A stretch of DNA of 64,000 nt, taken from contig OZ024746.1 in NCBI GenBank assembly GCA_964016885.1, positions 80,972,001-81,036,000 on the forward strand. Reading direction: 5' to 3'. This DNA is from Eledone cirrhosa (Eukaryota). A model generated the notes under the pieces. It did not search any database and was not told the origin of the DNA. It worked only from the letters and a program-made list of their open reading frames with translations. The translations under genes and the position numbers were made by a program. Positions 39,444 through 53,512 of this stretch are shown here, in pieces. Within the stretch, counting starts at the first letter, position 1, and each line of letters starts with the position of its first letter.

Positions 39444-39447
<4 letters not shown>
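38932..39447 (+). mobile_element. Penelope-like terminal remnant: ~186-bp inverted arms (38932-39117 / 39119-39304), 1-nt spacer, ~143-bp tail, inside (TA)n
   Basis: Near-perfect palindrome centred at 39118 with several mismatches; the forward arm contains a hammerhead motif. Confidence 0.68.
39119..39253 (+). ncRNA. Type-I hammerhead motif with a ~100-nt stem II insertion
   Basis: attattt-CTGAAGA-(102 nt)-GAAA-cgatcg-TA-aaataat: perfect 7-bp stem I, intact core, palindromic minimal stem III. Confidence 0.68.
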
Positions 39448-39481
<34 letters not shown>

Positions 39482-39872
39482 CATTCTTTTTTTTTCTGTA
39501 AATAACTCTTTTAATAGAATATTCTAGAGAAGTGTGGCAAAGTCTTTGGTAACAATAGGAATATCTCAGATTAATTCATTATATTTCCCAATAAAATACA
39601 CTTTAAAATTGAATTCTGTCTTTCATGAAATCCTGAAAAAAATCTGACACTTTAAAAGGAATGGTGTAAGGTTAGAGACCAAATGTTGGTGCTGGCCTAT
39701 TTATATTGTAGTCTTGTGTGTGTGTGTTGTTAGAGAGAGAGGAAGATAGATAGAGAGAATATAGGTGAGAGAGAGTTCCTTGAAAATTTGACACTTTAAA
39801 AGTCGGATTGTGCTGAGAATTCTTCAATTGTGATTGAGTGTCTGTGTATGTATATATGTGTGTGTATATATA

Positions 39873-39907
<35 letters not shown>

Positions 39908-39958
39908 GCATGTGTGTATATATAAATATATATATATATATAGAGAGAGAGGGGGAGA

Positions 39959-40033
<75 letters not shown>

Positions 40034-40204
40034 TGCATGCCTCTATACATGTGCTGTGTAAATTCAGATTTAAAATCTTGCCAAGGTCAAGGTCAACTCT
40101 GCCTTTCCTCTTTCTGAGGTTGATAAAACAAAGTACCAGTCAAGTACTGGGGTCAATGTAATCGATTTACCACTCAAAAAATACTGGCTTTTTGCTAAAA
40201 TTAG

Positions 40205-41705
40205 AAACCATACCTGTATAACTGACAGTATAGCCACAACATGAGAAGATAGTCACCACTATACTATTACCTGTATAACAATATAGTCATAGCATCACTA
40301 TTACCTGTATAATAATAGTCATAACTTTACTATTACCTGCATAGTTATATAGTCATAGCTTTACTATTACCTGTATAATAATATGACTATATTATTTACT
40401 ATATAACTTTACTATTACCTGCATAGTTATATAGTCATAACTTTACTATTACCTGTATAATAATATAGTCACATTTATACTATTACCTGAATGACAATAT
40501 GGTCACAATCATATTTTTACCCGGATGTGAATGTAGTCATAAGTATATTATTACCTGTATAACTGACAATATAATCACAACTATGTTAGTACCATGATTA
40601 CCTGTATGACAGACAATATAATCACATTACTATTACCTGTATGACTGACAATATAGTCATAACTTTACTATTACCTGTATAACTGATAATATAATCATAA
40701 CATTACTATTTATTACCTGTATGACTAGCAATATAGTCCTAACTTTACTACTACCTGTATGACTAGCAATATAGTCATAACTTTACTATTACCTGTATAA
40801 CTGACAATATAATCACAACATTATATTACCTGTATGATAATATAGTCATAACTTTGCTATTACCTGTATAACTGACAATATAGTTATAACTTTACTATTA
40901 CCTGTATAACTGACAATATAGTCATAACTTTACTATTACCTGTATAACTGACAATATAGTCATAACTTTACTATTACCTGTATAACTGACAATATAGTCA
41001 TAACTTTACTATTACCTGTATAACTGACAATATAGTCATAACTTTACTATTACCTGTATAACTGACAATATAGTCATAACTTTACTATTACCTGTATAAC
41101 TGACAATATAGTCATAACTTTACTATTACCTGTATAACTGACAGTATAGTTATAACTTTACTATTACCTGTATAACTGACAATATAGTCATAATTTTACT
41201 ATTACCTGTATAACTGACAATATAGTCATAACTTTACTATTACCTGTATAACTGACAGTATAGTTATAACTTTACTATTACCTGTATAACTAACTATATA
41301 GTCATAACTTTACTATTACCTGTATAACTGACAATATAGTTATAATTTTACTATTACCTTTATGACTGACAATATAGTTATAACTTTACTATTACCTGTA
41401 TAACTGACAATATAGTCATAACTTTACTATTACCTGTATAACTGACAGTATAGTTATAACTTTACTATTACCTGTATAACTAACTATATAGTCATAATTT
41501 TACTATTACCTGTATAACTGACAATATAGTTATAATTTTACTATTACCTTTATGACTGACAATATAGTTATAACTTTACTATTACCTGTATAACTGACAA
41601 TATAGTCATAACTTTACTATTACCTGTATGACTGACAATATAGTCATAACTTTACTATTACCTGTATAACAATATAATCATAACTTTGCTATTACCTGTA
41701 TAACT
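40205..41705. repeat. 38-bp minisatellite CAATATAGTCATAACTTTACTATTACCTGTATAACTGA
   Basis: Homogeneous 40860-41660, degenerate towards the left end; variants recur at 190-bp spacing. Confidence 0.93.
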
Positions 41706-41714
41706 ATATGAAAC

Positions 41715-41853
41715 TTAGAGTTATGGCCCTTTATGTTCTGAGTTCAAATCCCACCGAGGTTAGCTTTTTCTTTCATCTTTATGGGGGTCGATAAAATAAA
41801 GTACCAGTAATGCTCCGGGGTAATTGCTGGCCTTGTGCCAAAAGTAGAAACAA
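41715..41853 (+). mobile_element. SINE family 1, 5'-truncated (a diverged copy lies at ~40060-40210)
   Basis: B box and family 1 body. Confidence 0.82.
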
Positions 41854-42059
41854 TACTCTCTTATATACATTTTACTACATATTTGTTTTATTCAGTGATC
41901 AAAAATAATCTAAGTTCTTAAAAGAACTTCGATGAGTGAGATCTAAGACTAAACGCCCTAAAGAAATACAGAGGGGTGTCTCAGTCTTATCATTAAGATC
42001 TTTCTAAAGTGAGGACCCTCAAATAGACCCTGACTGTATCACCATTTCACAATTTAAGA

Positions 42060-42283
42060 TTAACCCTTTAATGTTCAAAATGGCCAAAACCAGCCAGAAT
42101 TCTCTACCTTTTTTCTGTTGAAATTGGCTGTAACTGGTCACTCAAACTGATGTTAAGGTATTGTTCTCAAAATAAATACTTTCAAAATCTCATAGATTCA
42201 ATATTATGTGAGATAATTATGTAAGATAAAGCATTTACCATGAAAATATAATAGTATATATAATGTGAATGCTAAAGGGTTAA
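42060..42283 (+). mobile_element. piggyBac-like MITE family A
   Basis: TTAA-ccctttaatg ... aatgctaaaggg-TTAA. Confidence 0.8.
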
Positions 42284-43198
42284 AGTTTATAAAATACATC
42301 AAAATAGTTATAAAACAATTTTTTTCATTTTTTTCTTTTTCTTTAATTATCATTTTAAATTTATGTCACTCTTAAAATTTTACTGAATTTAGTGATGGTT
42401 GCTTTCATTTTCCTTTCTTTATTTTAGACTGTTTTCAAAGAAAAAAAAATATTTTTTATTATCTTGGACTCATAGGAAAGTCAGTTAGTCTTTTGCTTCA
42501 GAAGTGGAATAAATTAGTTTGCTGTGAGGAAAGATACTTCATCAGAGAGAAATGGTTTTCTTTCTGATAGAACCAAAAGATTAGATTAGGAGATGCCATT
42601 GAATTCCATTTTGAACTGTTTAATTTGATACCAAACTGCTTGAACTACCTCTGATTCTATGATACATAACTGTTTGGTTAGAAAGTGTTTATATTTATTT
42701 AAATATCATAATATTATGTAAGAACATTTGGTGTTATATTCCAAATACCAGCTTAATAATGAGAAAATTAGATATTTTACTAAACCTTTGCAAATGAAAT
42801 ATATGAATCAGATATTGTCATTTGACCTATCAAGGAAGGCAGCAACTCTAAATAGGATCAGACTTGACTGTGACAACTCATTTAATCTATGCCAGCATAG
42901 TGAATAAAAATGATAATCATCATGTAATGAAAATAAGTGAGAGAGTACCTACATACTCAACCTGCTTTCAAATCCTATTTGCCATCTAAAATATACTATA
43001 TCTACAAAATAATTGTATTGTCATAGGTGGAATGCCTCTAATCATGTCTTCTCATTCAAGATCATCTTAAAATTAAACAACAGCAATTTATGAATATATA
43101 TCATATATAAAAACACACATAAATACATGCAAGCAAATTTCAATATGCATGAACATACAGACTTTGATAGAACTAAAATGTCTGAAAATTATACTGCA

Positions 43199-43426
43199 TT
43201 AACCCTTTAGCATTGAAACTGGCTGCATTTGGCCAGAATTCTCTCACCTTTTTCTGTTCAAACTGGCTGTAATTGGCCCCTCATACTGACATAAGGTATT
43301 GTTCTCAAAATAAATAACATGAAAAACTCATAGATTCGATATGATGTGAGATAATTATGTGAGGTAAAGCATTTACTGTGAAAATACAATATTAAATATA
43401 GAGTAATGTAAATGCTAAAGGGTTAT
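43199..43426 (+). mobile_element. piggyBac-like MITE family A
   Basis: TTAA-ccctttagcatt ... aatgctaaaggg-TTAT. Confidence 0.8.
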
Positions 43427-44127
43427 GGAGGTCTAATGAAACGAAACATGTCTGGCATTATCACTGTATTTGCCAAACATCAAACGCTTCCAAATCATTC
43501 TTTGTCTGCATTTATTTGATGTTTGAGCTCGTTCACTAATTTTTGCCAAATGGCACTCAAATAATTTGACCTCTCATAACTTATGTGAGGAAATACATGC
43601 TAACATTTTAATATAAATCATTTTAGACATTATAAACACCAATTTGAGACAGCAAAGAACCAGAGACCCATAGATGGAGTTTGAAGCATGAATCCATCAT
43701 TTGCCTAGTGATTACATTACTATTAAGCATGTGTCACCCCATTTCTCAACTTTGGTACTTTAATAACATATGGTGATTTGCCAGTCACTTAATTCTATCA
43801 GGATATATGATTCTATTAATGTACAAACTATTATACTATAAAATGACTTAAAAAGTAGAAATCAGACAAAAAAATTATTGATTGATCTATTGTTATAATA
43901 TAAGAAAATAGAAATATATGAGCACAAGAAGTGACTGAGGATAACCATATTTAAGTCTAAGACTTCTGATAGTGTACATAATGGCCACTGCATTTAACTA
44001 TATTAACCATAAAACTTGCAATCTGTAACTTAGCCTTTAGTATTTACTACATATAGTACTACATATAAAATATAATTCACAAATGGATACTGCATGTGAC
44101 TATATTATTGATAATAATAATAATAAT

Positions 44128-44305
44128 AATTGTTTCTACTTTAGGCACAAGGCCAGCAATTACCCAGTACATTACTGGTACTTTATTTTATCGACCCCGT
44201 AAGGATAAAAGGCAAAGTTAACCTCGGCGGGATTTGAACTCAGACTGTAAAGGGACATAACTATGCTAGAAAGCATGGTGTCCAACCCTCTACCGATACT
44301 GCCAA
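44128..44305 (-). mobile_element. SINE family 1 inserted in an (ATA)n microsatellite
   Basis: Family 1 consensus flanked on both sides by (ATA)n. Confidence 0.88.
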
Positions 44306-46570
44306 TAATAATAATAATAATAATAATGTGTAAATCATTTCAAGTTAGTAACTGCTTGCTATCAAAGACTTTAATGCCTACTATTACATATGAGGATTTC
44401 CAATCAATGAAGAAACTATCCACAACCACATATTACTGTATATTCATTTTGCTAAGTGTAAATTTTATTGTCAATATATGGTAATCATTTCAAATCCATT
44501 GCATATAGCAGTAAACACCAACGTTTACTGTCCTAATCTATGGAAGAGAACATCCTACTCAGAATCTAGCATACAGCAGTGTATCTAGGAACAGTGAATT
44601 CCTGTGATCAGTAAAGCTTCATTTATTAGCTGCCTCCAACTAGTCTATATCACCACCCACATGATGTCCTGTTTCTACTTGTTCTATCATTACAATAATG
44701 TTCTTTGCTCTCCTGAGCTTTCTCTCATGCTAAAACCTTTTTGATGTCTTCCCATTTTCAATTGAGTATATCATTTTACCATCCATTCAACCATGAATAG
44801 AAGCCTCCTCTACACAGAACTGTGTATTTCTAAAAGTCCATAGTTAATTATGGGGATTTTTCTTTGTTTTTTTTTATTACCTATTCTAAGGGGGAAAGAC
44901 TCATATCTGGTAACGTGGGGGAGAGATGCAGGAAATTCCAAAGGCAACTGTATAGCTTTTTTCACTAGAACAACAAATAAAAAAGAAAGATGTTCTATTT
45001 CAGTGATTCCCAACCTTTTCACTACCAAGGACCACTATTATTTGAATGAGTTGTTTCCATGGACATCCCCTCACACATCTACAGATTGTTATATGGAGAA
45101 ACTAACAATCAAAAGGGATGCATGGTTATACTTAGAGAAGAATGAATACCCAATAGTGTGTGCATATATTTTTAACAAAGTACTTGAAATGTTGAAATAT
45201 GGAGAAGGATGGGCTCTGCGAGGTTTAAAATGCCTATGATACACAGTATGTCATGATGATGCCTCTACAACTACATCAGGAGTTATAAGTCTATACATAC
45301 ATACCTTAGCTTTGATATAAGCTGTGCACAATCTCATATGTATGTGAACCAAATGCAATAAAGAGACACCCTCAAACATTCATCTTCTGTTTGTTTTCAG
45401 TAAATTAAATCAGGTTATGAACAAGACAAACTGTTTCAACATGAAATAAAATTCATGATTAAATTGGAGCTTTCAAACTTCAAAAACTACTTTTGTCTGC
45501 ATATACCATAAACACTTTTAACTGATATAGAACAAAAATGTATCATCAATAATATTATTATTGTTATTATTTATTATTATTATTAATATAGTCACACGCA
45601 GTAGCCATCTGAGAATTATATTTTAGATGTAGATAAGATCAAATGGTTTAAAAGCAGATATATATATCAGGTAGAGGACTGTGTCAATAAAAAGTGCAAA
45701 TGTCAATATTTATATACGTACCTTTATAAATTGATATATCCTCAACCACTTTCCCCACCCACTCGTTTATCTACTCACCCATCCACTCACCCACCCACTC
45801 GTTCATCTACTCACCCACCCACTCACCCACTCACCCACTCATGAACGAGGTCATTTATTGTATTTATTTTAACAGTCTTCATCCACAAAAATGAATAACT
45901 TCCCTCATTTCAACTTTCTCACAAAATTTGTGATGGAGGAAATGAATTTCTATTAATGAAGAATTGTTCAATAATAGCAGTACCAGATCAATAACATCTA
46001 ATTCTAAATTGATTAATCTTAACCAGAGTCTATTGATTTCATATTATACAAGCAAATCCATGTCGTTCCGTAACATTCTATTAATTATGAAGGTTCATGA
46101 GGCCAAAGAAACATATTTGAACTGCTCAAGTAAGACTCCAATTGAGCCAAATTTGTGAGAAGTTGGACCACCCCATCTCATTATGATAACTTGCAAGTCA
46201 TTGATTATCTTTTAATTAATTTTTTATCATCTTTTGAACTTTTCTGTGTCTTTTTTCTTTCTTGGAGTTGATTATAACCTTTCCTTTTTACAAAGAAAAG
46301 AAATATAAATATATATATTCATATTTCTTCTAAAAAATCGTTTTGTTTCAGTAAATTTTCCAAAAATATTTTGCCTTTTGAAGAATATATTCTACTAATT
46401 AAGTTGTAAACATGTCCGAGAAGCCATATATTTATGGAAGTGAATAAATAATACTTTATTTTACTGGTGTGGGAATGTGTTGTGTGTTATGTCTGTGACT
46501 ATATGTCAGGTATATGTATGTATGAACAAGTATGTGATCACACAATCCTCTCTCTCTCTCTCTCTTTCTA

Positions 46571-46653
<83 letters not shown>

Positions 46654-46680
46654 CATATATATATACATATATATATATAT

Positions 46681-46943
46681 CATCATCATCATCATCATCA
46701 TCATCATTTTACGTCCGCTTTTCCCTGCTTGCAAGGGTGGGACGGGAACTGATTCTGGCTTGATTTCTACAGCTGGATGCCCTTCCTAACACCAACCTCA
46801 TTTACAGTGAGTGCTGGGTGCTTTTTTTTGCCGTGGCACCTCCACGACCACTTTGCAGTGGAATGATATGGACCCCAGTCCCTATCATCTCATTTCTACA
46901 GCTGAGTAAACTGGAGCAATGTGAAATAAAGTGTCTTGCTCAA
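46681..46943 (-). mobile_element. 5'-truncated CORE-type SINE with RTE tail, in (TA)n
   Basis: Same core-to-RTE-tail junction as 38278-38587. Confidence 0.8.
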
Positions 46944-48749
46944 TATATATATATGAATGACTTAGGACCCTGATGGCTGAGTTCACGCTGTTTCAACAGC
47001 TAGTTCCAGACAGAAATAGCAAGAGCTCAGCAATCAGTGTCCTCACTTATAACCATACTCTACTACCCTTAGTATCGAGTATTTTGGTGAGTAAAGGTCT
47101 AACCAGTTTCTAACTGAATCCATCCTGATTTATATATACATACACACACACACACACACACAGATATACATATATATATATGGGTGGGTGTATTAGAGAA
47201 GAGTCTGCAATTTACTTTTCCCCACCCCCACCTTATCTATCTACTTTGCCACCTTTCTAACTGGAGATAGTCAATAATTATGCTTGCCAAGGATTATCAC
47301 TAACCATTTCAGGTTTTTCTAGGTAAGCCTTTGTTTATGGTTTACATTTTCATCTTTGGTTTCAGTTCAATGATTATGATTATAACACCTGGTTATTACG
47401 AAGATAAACTTAGGTATTTATTTCAACTGACTTAATAGGAATAAAATACCTTAAAATCATCATCAGAGATAACTGATTTAATATATAATCCATAAACCAA
47501 GATAAAAACAAATATATTTCAGATCTGACATCAATGAATGATATAGATAAGGGTAGGGCATGTAGTTAACTTTTCTGCAAAATAGAACAAGGCTACTTTC
47601 AGACTCCTTGTAGTGAGATGAACTCATCTCAAAATATAAGTCGGTGAGGAGGTGTGTGTGTGTGTGTGTATGGGGGGGGGGGGGGGGGGGGGCTTAGAGG
47701 AATCTTTTATTTTTTTAGTGGGAGAGACATCAGATATTCATATACCCCTTCTTGGCATTCAAGGCCTTAGACTGATATACTTATATATATATACTCACTG
47801 TATGAAGCCTCTATGCAGTCACTCAATCTGTTAGAAATAGCTATCAAATTTTCCTCAAATCAGTTGCTACCATCTTAAGGAAGGACATATTTAGCTTTAG
47901 CTAATGTAGTCCTTCATACTCGACAAAAGATGGGAGATGGAATAGTCATAGATGGAATACTTTTGACTATAGGGTTGTCCTGAAGCTAAAGTACAACAGC
48001 ATATATTTTCCTTACCCTTACTTAAATTATCAGATACCAAATGTGTTAAAACTCAGTAGGTTCAAAACTAAAATCATACAAATATCCCAATGAGACAACA
48101 TTTTATAAATTTTTTTATATTTCCTTGCATATTCTTTTTTAATCAAAAATATTTCTGGTGACATCTCTTCCAATTTATAGGTATATATTTTCACACACAT
48201 GCACACACACACACACACGCCACACTCATATGCACAGGCACATACAGATACACACACGGTGTTGAAGTCTGTCATGTGAAGGATTATATTACAGAAAATA
48301 ATCCCTGATATAAAAATAATGACGTATGGTCACAGCTGGAAGGCTTTCATCATAGATCTGCTCATACAGGGCTGATCTGGAAATAAACAGCAACTATAAA
48401 TATTTCCTGCTAGCAGATCTTGATTTGAAAGGAAGAATAAAAACAAAAGCATGTCATTCAGACAGAAATTATTAATTAATAAAAAACGTCATCCTCCTTC
48501 ACTTTCTCACACTAAACAAACACACACACACACTAATATACATATATAGACAGTTACACACACACATCGGTACCTATATAGTCAAATACACAGGCACAAA
48601 TATATAGACAAACACATATACAGACCTATACACATATACACACATGCACAGTTCTTTGTTGATATGCATTTCTATGTCTGTGTTGAGAGATGATGTGCTG
48701 AAAAGGATCCATCCAACCCATGCAAGTGTGGAAAGTTGATGTAAAAATA

Positions 48750-48939
48750 ATTGTTTCTACTTTTGGCACAAGGCCAGCAATTACCCAGTACATTACTGGT
48801 ACTTTATTTTATCGGCCCCGAAAGGATGAAAGGCAAAGTTAACCTCGGCAGGATTTGAACTCAGACTGGCAAGGGCCATAACTCTATGTGTCAAAGCATG
48901 GCGTCCAGCCCTCAACCGATACTGCCAATCCACCGCCCT
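48750..48939 (-). mobile_element. Full-length SINE family 1 with 17-bp TSD, inserted in an RTE-type tail
   Basis: gttgatgtaaaaataat on both sides; the host sequence is tccaacccatgcaagtgtggaaa..gatgatg. Confidence 0.88.
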
Positions 48940-50101
48940 ATTGTTGATGTAAAAATAATGATGATGAGTTTTATGTAAAAACCAGAGTCATTCCAAAAAG
49001 CATAACTGGTGACATCTCAAAACGTAAAGTGATTGATAGTTGGATAAAATAAGTTCCTGGCTGAAATGAATACTAGGATTGATGTGTTCAACTAAATCCA
49101 TTGAGGTTATTGACCAGCAGTGACATAGCTCAATGTCTGAAACCAATAAAATAATAGAATATATCATGATACATTATCTGGGAGCCACAGGTCAACAACA
49201 ACCAGATATTGAGGAGGATTTGGCCTGACAAAGTTCGTCCTCTTAATTCCAATATAGTGGGTTGGTTTTAATTTTAATTTCATTATGTTATCATTTTTCT
49301 TTAGGGTGTTATAATTTAGCTTAGATTTAATTTTTGGTTATGGGTTTCAGGTTTTTGTTGATTAGACATGAAGTATTTGGTGGATGTTTGGTGTCATGCT
49401 GATTCTCCCAGAGAACTATGTTAAGAGTACTTGCACGTTAATTTCACAACCAGCCTGTTCCGCTGATCGGATCAATTGGAACACTCATCATCATAATCGA
49501 TGGAGTGCCAGAAATTTGGTGGATGATTTTGATTTTGCTTGAAGTATACATTGGTTTATCATGTCAAACATTATATTTTTGTAGCTGAATAAATGTACTT
49601 TGTATGTCATGTCTTGGTTAGTTTATGGTTGTTGTATTTGTCATTAAACAGTATTATGAGAAAAAAAAAATTGTCCAACCTTTAACAGATGTTAGATGAT
49701 GGTGACATACATAGTTGCTAAGCTTCACCCAGCAGTAGATTAAGAATAGCTGGATAGATACAGACACACATGCACACATGTACACATGCAAACACACATA
49801 CACACACAAGAAAAACACTATATAGAAATTTCACTGTCAAAGTGGTATCTTTATGATAGTGTGTTAACATTTGTTTCTATATAATATATTTCAAAGTCTC
49901 AATAAAACAGCCACATACTTTCCATAACTTGCAGCCTTCCACCCAACCTTTGCAACCATTGTGTCTTATCTCAAATATTAGATAATTACAAAAGGAAACC
50001 TATCATCATTACACCAGCCTAACTACAAATGACATCAGTAAAGAATTCAATGATATTCCCTACTGCTCATACATCAAAAATGATTTCAACCACACACTCA
50101 A

Positions 50102-50153
<52 letters not shown>

Positions 50154-50290
50154 AAGCAATTCAATGTCTGCCAATGATCTGTCAGAAATCATTTAAAACA
50201 AAATTTTCTATATCTATGGCTTCCCAAATATATATATATCCCACAAAGGATAATCATTTATTGTCTTCAATCTTTTTATATATAGCAAGG

Positions 50291-50440
50291 AAAATGGACA
50301 TTAAATGATAATTGTTTCTACTTTAAGCACAAGGCCAGCAATTACCCAGTGCATTACTGGTACTTTATTTTATCGACCCCGTAAGGATGAAAGGCAAAGT
50401 TAACCTCGGCGGGATTTGAACTCAGACTGTAAAGGGACGT
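50291..50440 (-). mobile_element. SINE family 1 with aatgataat TSD, inserted in an RTE-type tail
   Basis: aaaatggacattaaatgataat-[SINE]-aatgataatgatgatg. Confidence 0.82.
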
Positions 50441-51615
50441 AATGATAATGATGATGATATACCAACTTTGCTTTATAAACTGGCAGAGTTATTAGAGCAT
50501 CAGCAAGCTGGGTGTATGTGTTACTTCCTGATATTTAAATAGTTATCTTCCTGCCATTAGTTTGCAGAAGAAGGACTGACCCATTCTTCTCAGTAACACT
50601 TTGTGTAAATGGGTTGACAACCAAAGAGAGATTACATAGTGTTTAGAAGAATCTTTAATCTTGTTACAGGCATGATAACATCTCTGGTGCTGGTGTTATA
50701 ATAAAATACACCCAGTAAATTCTATAAAGTTGTTTGTTATTAAAAAAAAGGGCATCCAGTCATAGAAACCATAACAAAAAGGGAAAGTACAAATAAATAA
50801 GAACTGACTCAGACTGTAATGATCTGTCCAACCCATACTAGAATGGAGAATGTAGATAAAATGATCCTGCTTATGATGGTGATGAGGAGTTGTAGGAGAA
50901 GGAGCAAGATGAATGCAACTAATTTTATTGAATATTTATTGATTTTTTTTGTGCCTTCTGACTAGGCTATTTATGAATGTTTAAGGCAGAAAAAAGTACT
51001 TCGAATTCATGTGTTTTATTGGTGCTGATTTTACCAATTCCAGTGATGAAAGGTTAAATGCAGCCTCAGTGGTATTTCCATATTGTATTATGATCTACCA
51101 AACTCAATAATGTAAATCATGAAGTCTAAGGTTATTTATTTTTCCCTCTCTTCACATCATATCAATACCCAGTTTAATCTTCATCATTCTATTGAACTTG
51201 CCTATCAATAGTCTATGATATCTCATCAAAGAACAACTAACAGGAAGAAAGTAGTAGTAGTGATAGTGGTGGTGGTAGTGATGGCAGCAATGGTGCCATA
51301 ACAAGCTGTTTGTTACCTGATGTCAGCAAAATATTGAATCAATTATCAGAAGACAGTTAGATTCTTTTTTTGTTATTGATTTTTTTTATCTACCATTTAC
51401 AATATATATATATGTGTGTGTGTGTATTATTTATGTATTCAATAATTGATCAGTGTTTTCCAAAACTATTTTGTCATGGAACCCATATGTAATTTTCCAA
51501 AAACGGTGACACCCTCACCAATATTTTATAGACACTTCTCTCCAAACTCATTTTAACAAAACATTAAATGAAGCTAAATTTTGTTTAAAAGAAATAATAT
51601 AGATTAGTGTGTGTC

Positions 51616-51719
51616 CAGTTTTGAATAGATAGACCATATCCCATCATGTTGCTGACCAGTAAGTATATATGCTTACTGGTCAGCAACATGATGGGATATG
51701 GTCTATCCATTCAAAACTG
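51616..51719. repeat. Near-perfect hairpin with ~48-bp arms
   Basis: cagttttgaatagatagaccatatcccatcatgttgctgaccagtaag / cttactggtcagcaacatgatgggatatggtctatccattcaaaactg, one mismatch, TA-rich loop. Confidence 0.85.
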
Positions 51720-51763
51720 CTTACACAGTAACATATCAATGGATCTTTGCATCTCATTTAGAT

Positions 51764-51836
51764 TTTTGTCTGAAGAGAACACATAGGGCATGTTATATTA
51801 CAACTGCCTTACATCTTTGAAATATGTATAACAAAA
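51764..51836 (+). ncRNA. Type-I hammerhead motif
   Basis: ttttgt-CTGAAGA-(42 nt with gggca/tgcct)-GAAA-tatgta-TA-acaaaa: perfect 6-bp stem I, intact core, minimal stem III. Confidence 0.62.
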
Positions 51837-51871
51837 TAAATAGGATGTCTTTCTTGTTTATTATTATTATA

Positions 51872-51990
51872 TAGTTCAAATCCCGCCAAGGTTAACTTTG
51901 CCTTTCATCCTTACGGGGTCGATAAAATAAAGTACCAGTAATGTACTGGGTATTTGCTGGCCTTGTGCCTAAAGTAGAAACAATTATTAC
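51872..51990 (+). mobile_element. SINE family 1, 5'-truncated
   Basis: agttcaaatcccgcc..agaaacaattattac. Confidence 0.85.
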
Positions 51991-52110
51991 TATATATACT
52001 GGAAAAGTAAATAACAACAAGTTACGAAAGGTGTTTAGTATTAGGTTCTCGCTTGACATTAGATCTTTATTATGTACAATGTAAGCATAAGGATATGCGA
52101 CAGTATGGTT

Positions 52111-52202
<92 letters not shown>

Positions 52203-53082
52203 GTATAAAATCAATACAATATTATTACCTCATTACCAGAGGTTTCCCGAATGAGGCGAATACGAAATAAACGACTTCATTCGTTCGTCAGACGAGGCAA
52301 TATAAAACATGGGCAAATACTTAGAAAAACACATCAAGAAAATCAAAAAAATATATAGATAAATGAAATAGAAATTGAAATATATAAAAAATCTATCAAG
52401 AAAAATAGTTAGGTGTGTGTATGTGTATGTATATATGCTCACAGATGTGCATATATGTATATGTGCACATGTAAATGTATAGTTAGAAAGTGTGCGTAAT
52501 TATAAAAATTTAGGGCAAATGTATCTATATGTCTGTATTATACAGACAGAAATGGTTACATCGTAAATATAAGAATATAAAGTCGCGCGCATAAAAACGC
52601 CTGGACACTCGTTCACTTAGATGCGGAAAGAAAGGAGGTAAAGAGAGTATAATAATTAAAAGAAACGTATCGGTCTCGATATATTTATAAAAATATAGTA
52701 ACGATAAATTAGAAAGAAAAGATAGAAAGAAAAAATTAAAGAAAACAAAAAAAGGGGGGTACATACATACACAGACACGCGTGTCTCACAAAAGAAATGT
52801 AAAAATAATTATGCTTATATACACCCGCGCACTTATACTTCCATACGTTCGATACGTACATACACACACACACACACTCATACTAGCGCATATAAACCTA
52901 TTTGCATGCCCACGTATGAAACTGAGTAAGTAACAAAAGAGGGAAGGGGGGGAGAAGAAAAAAGGAACAAAAACATAAAAACGAAATGTAAAAAACACGG
53001 ATATAAAGACACTTACACATACGCATAATATATACATACACACACACACACAAACACCTATACACACACACATACATACACG

Positions 53083-53128
<46 letters not shown>

Positions 53129-53512
53129 CATACACGCACGCGCGCGCACATACGTAGTCACTCATGTACATATATAAAAAGTATACACACATTAAGGCGT
53201 TCAGCCATATTGAAATGTGGATAAATAAGTACAAATATAAAATTGTAAGATAGGCTGCGCAAAAATAAAATAAAAATAAAAATGAAAAATATATCTGGAT
53301 TGAAAAACACAAAAGACAAGTATAATCAGTTAGTGGAGGAAAAAGGGAAGTAAAAGAAGGGGAAGTAAAAAATAGAAAATAGGAAGTGGATCGGAGAATA
53401 AAGGGGGGGGGGGGGTGAAGTAAAAATAAATAAAAGTGAAAATAAATGAAATTATTGACAAGGATAAGAATGAAAGTAAGTCAGAAAGGGTAATTAAAAA
53501 GAGAATAATAAG

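Noticed and set aside
43427-43460. ctaatgaaacgaaacatgtc, resembling a minimal hammerhead (similar text at ~22460)
   Set aside because: Core is CTAATGA, with no stem II and no stem I pairing.
45001-45040. hAT-like left ends (also ~51451 and ~57820)
   Set aside because: No matching right TIR or TSD found by eye, so not called as elements.
44850-45239. 129-aa non-repetitive ORF
   Set aside because: No recognisable motif, it overlaps a hAT-like end, and the length is within chance expectation.
47405-47470. Minus-strand CTGATGA..GAAA
   Set aside because: No valid stem III with UH and no stem I.
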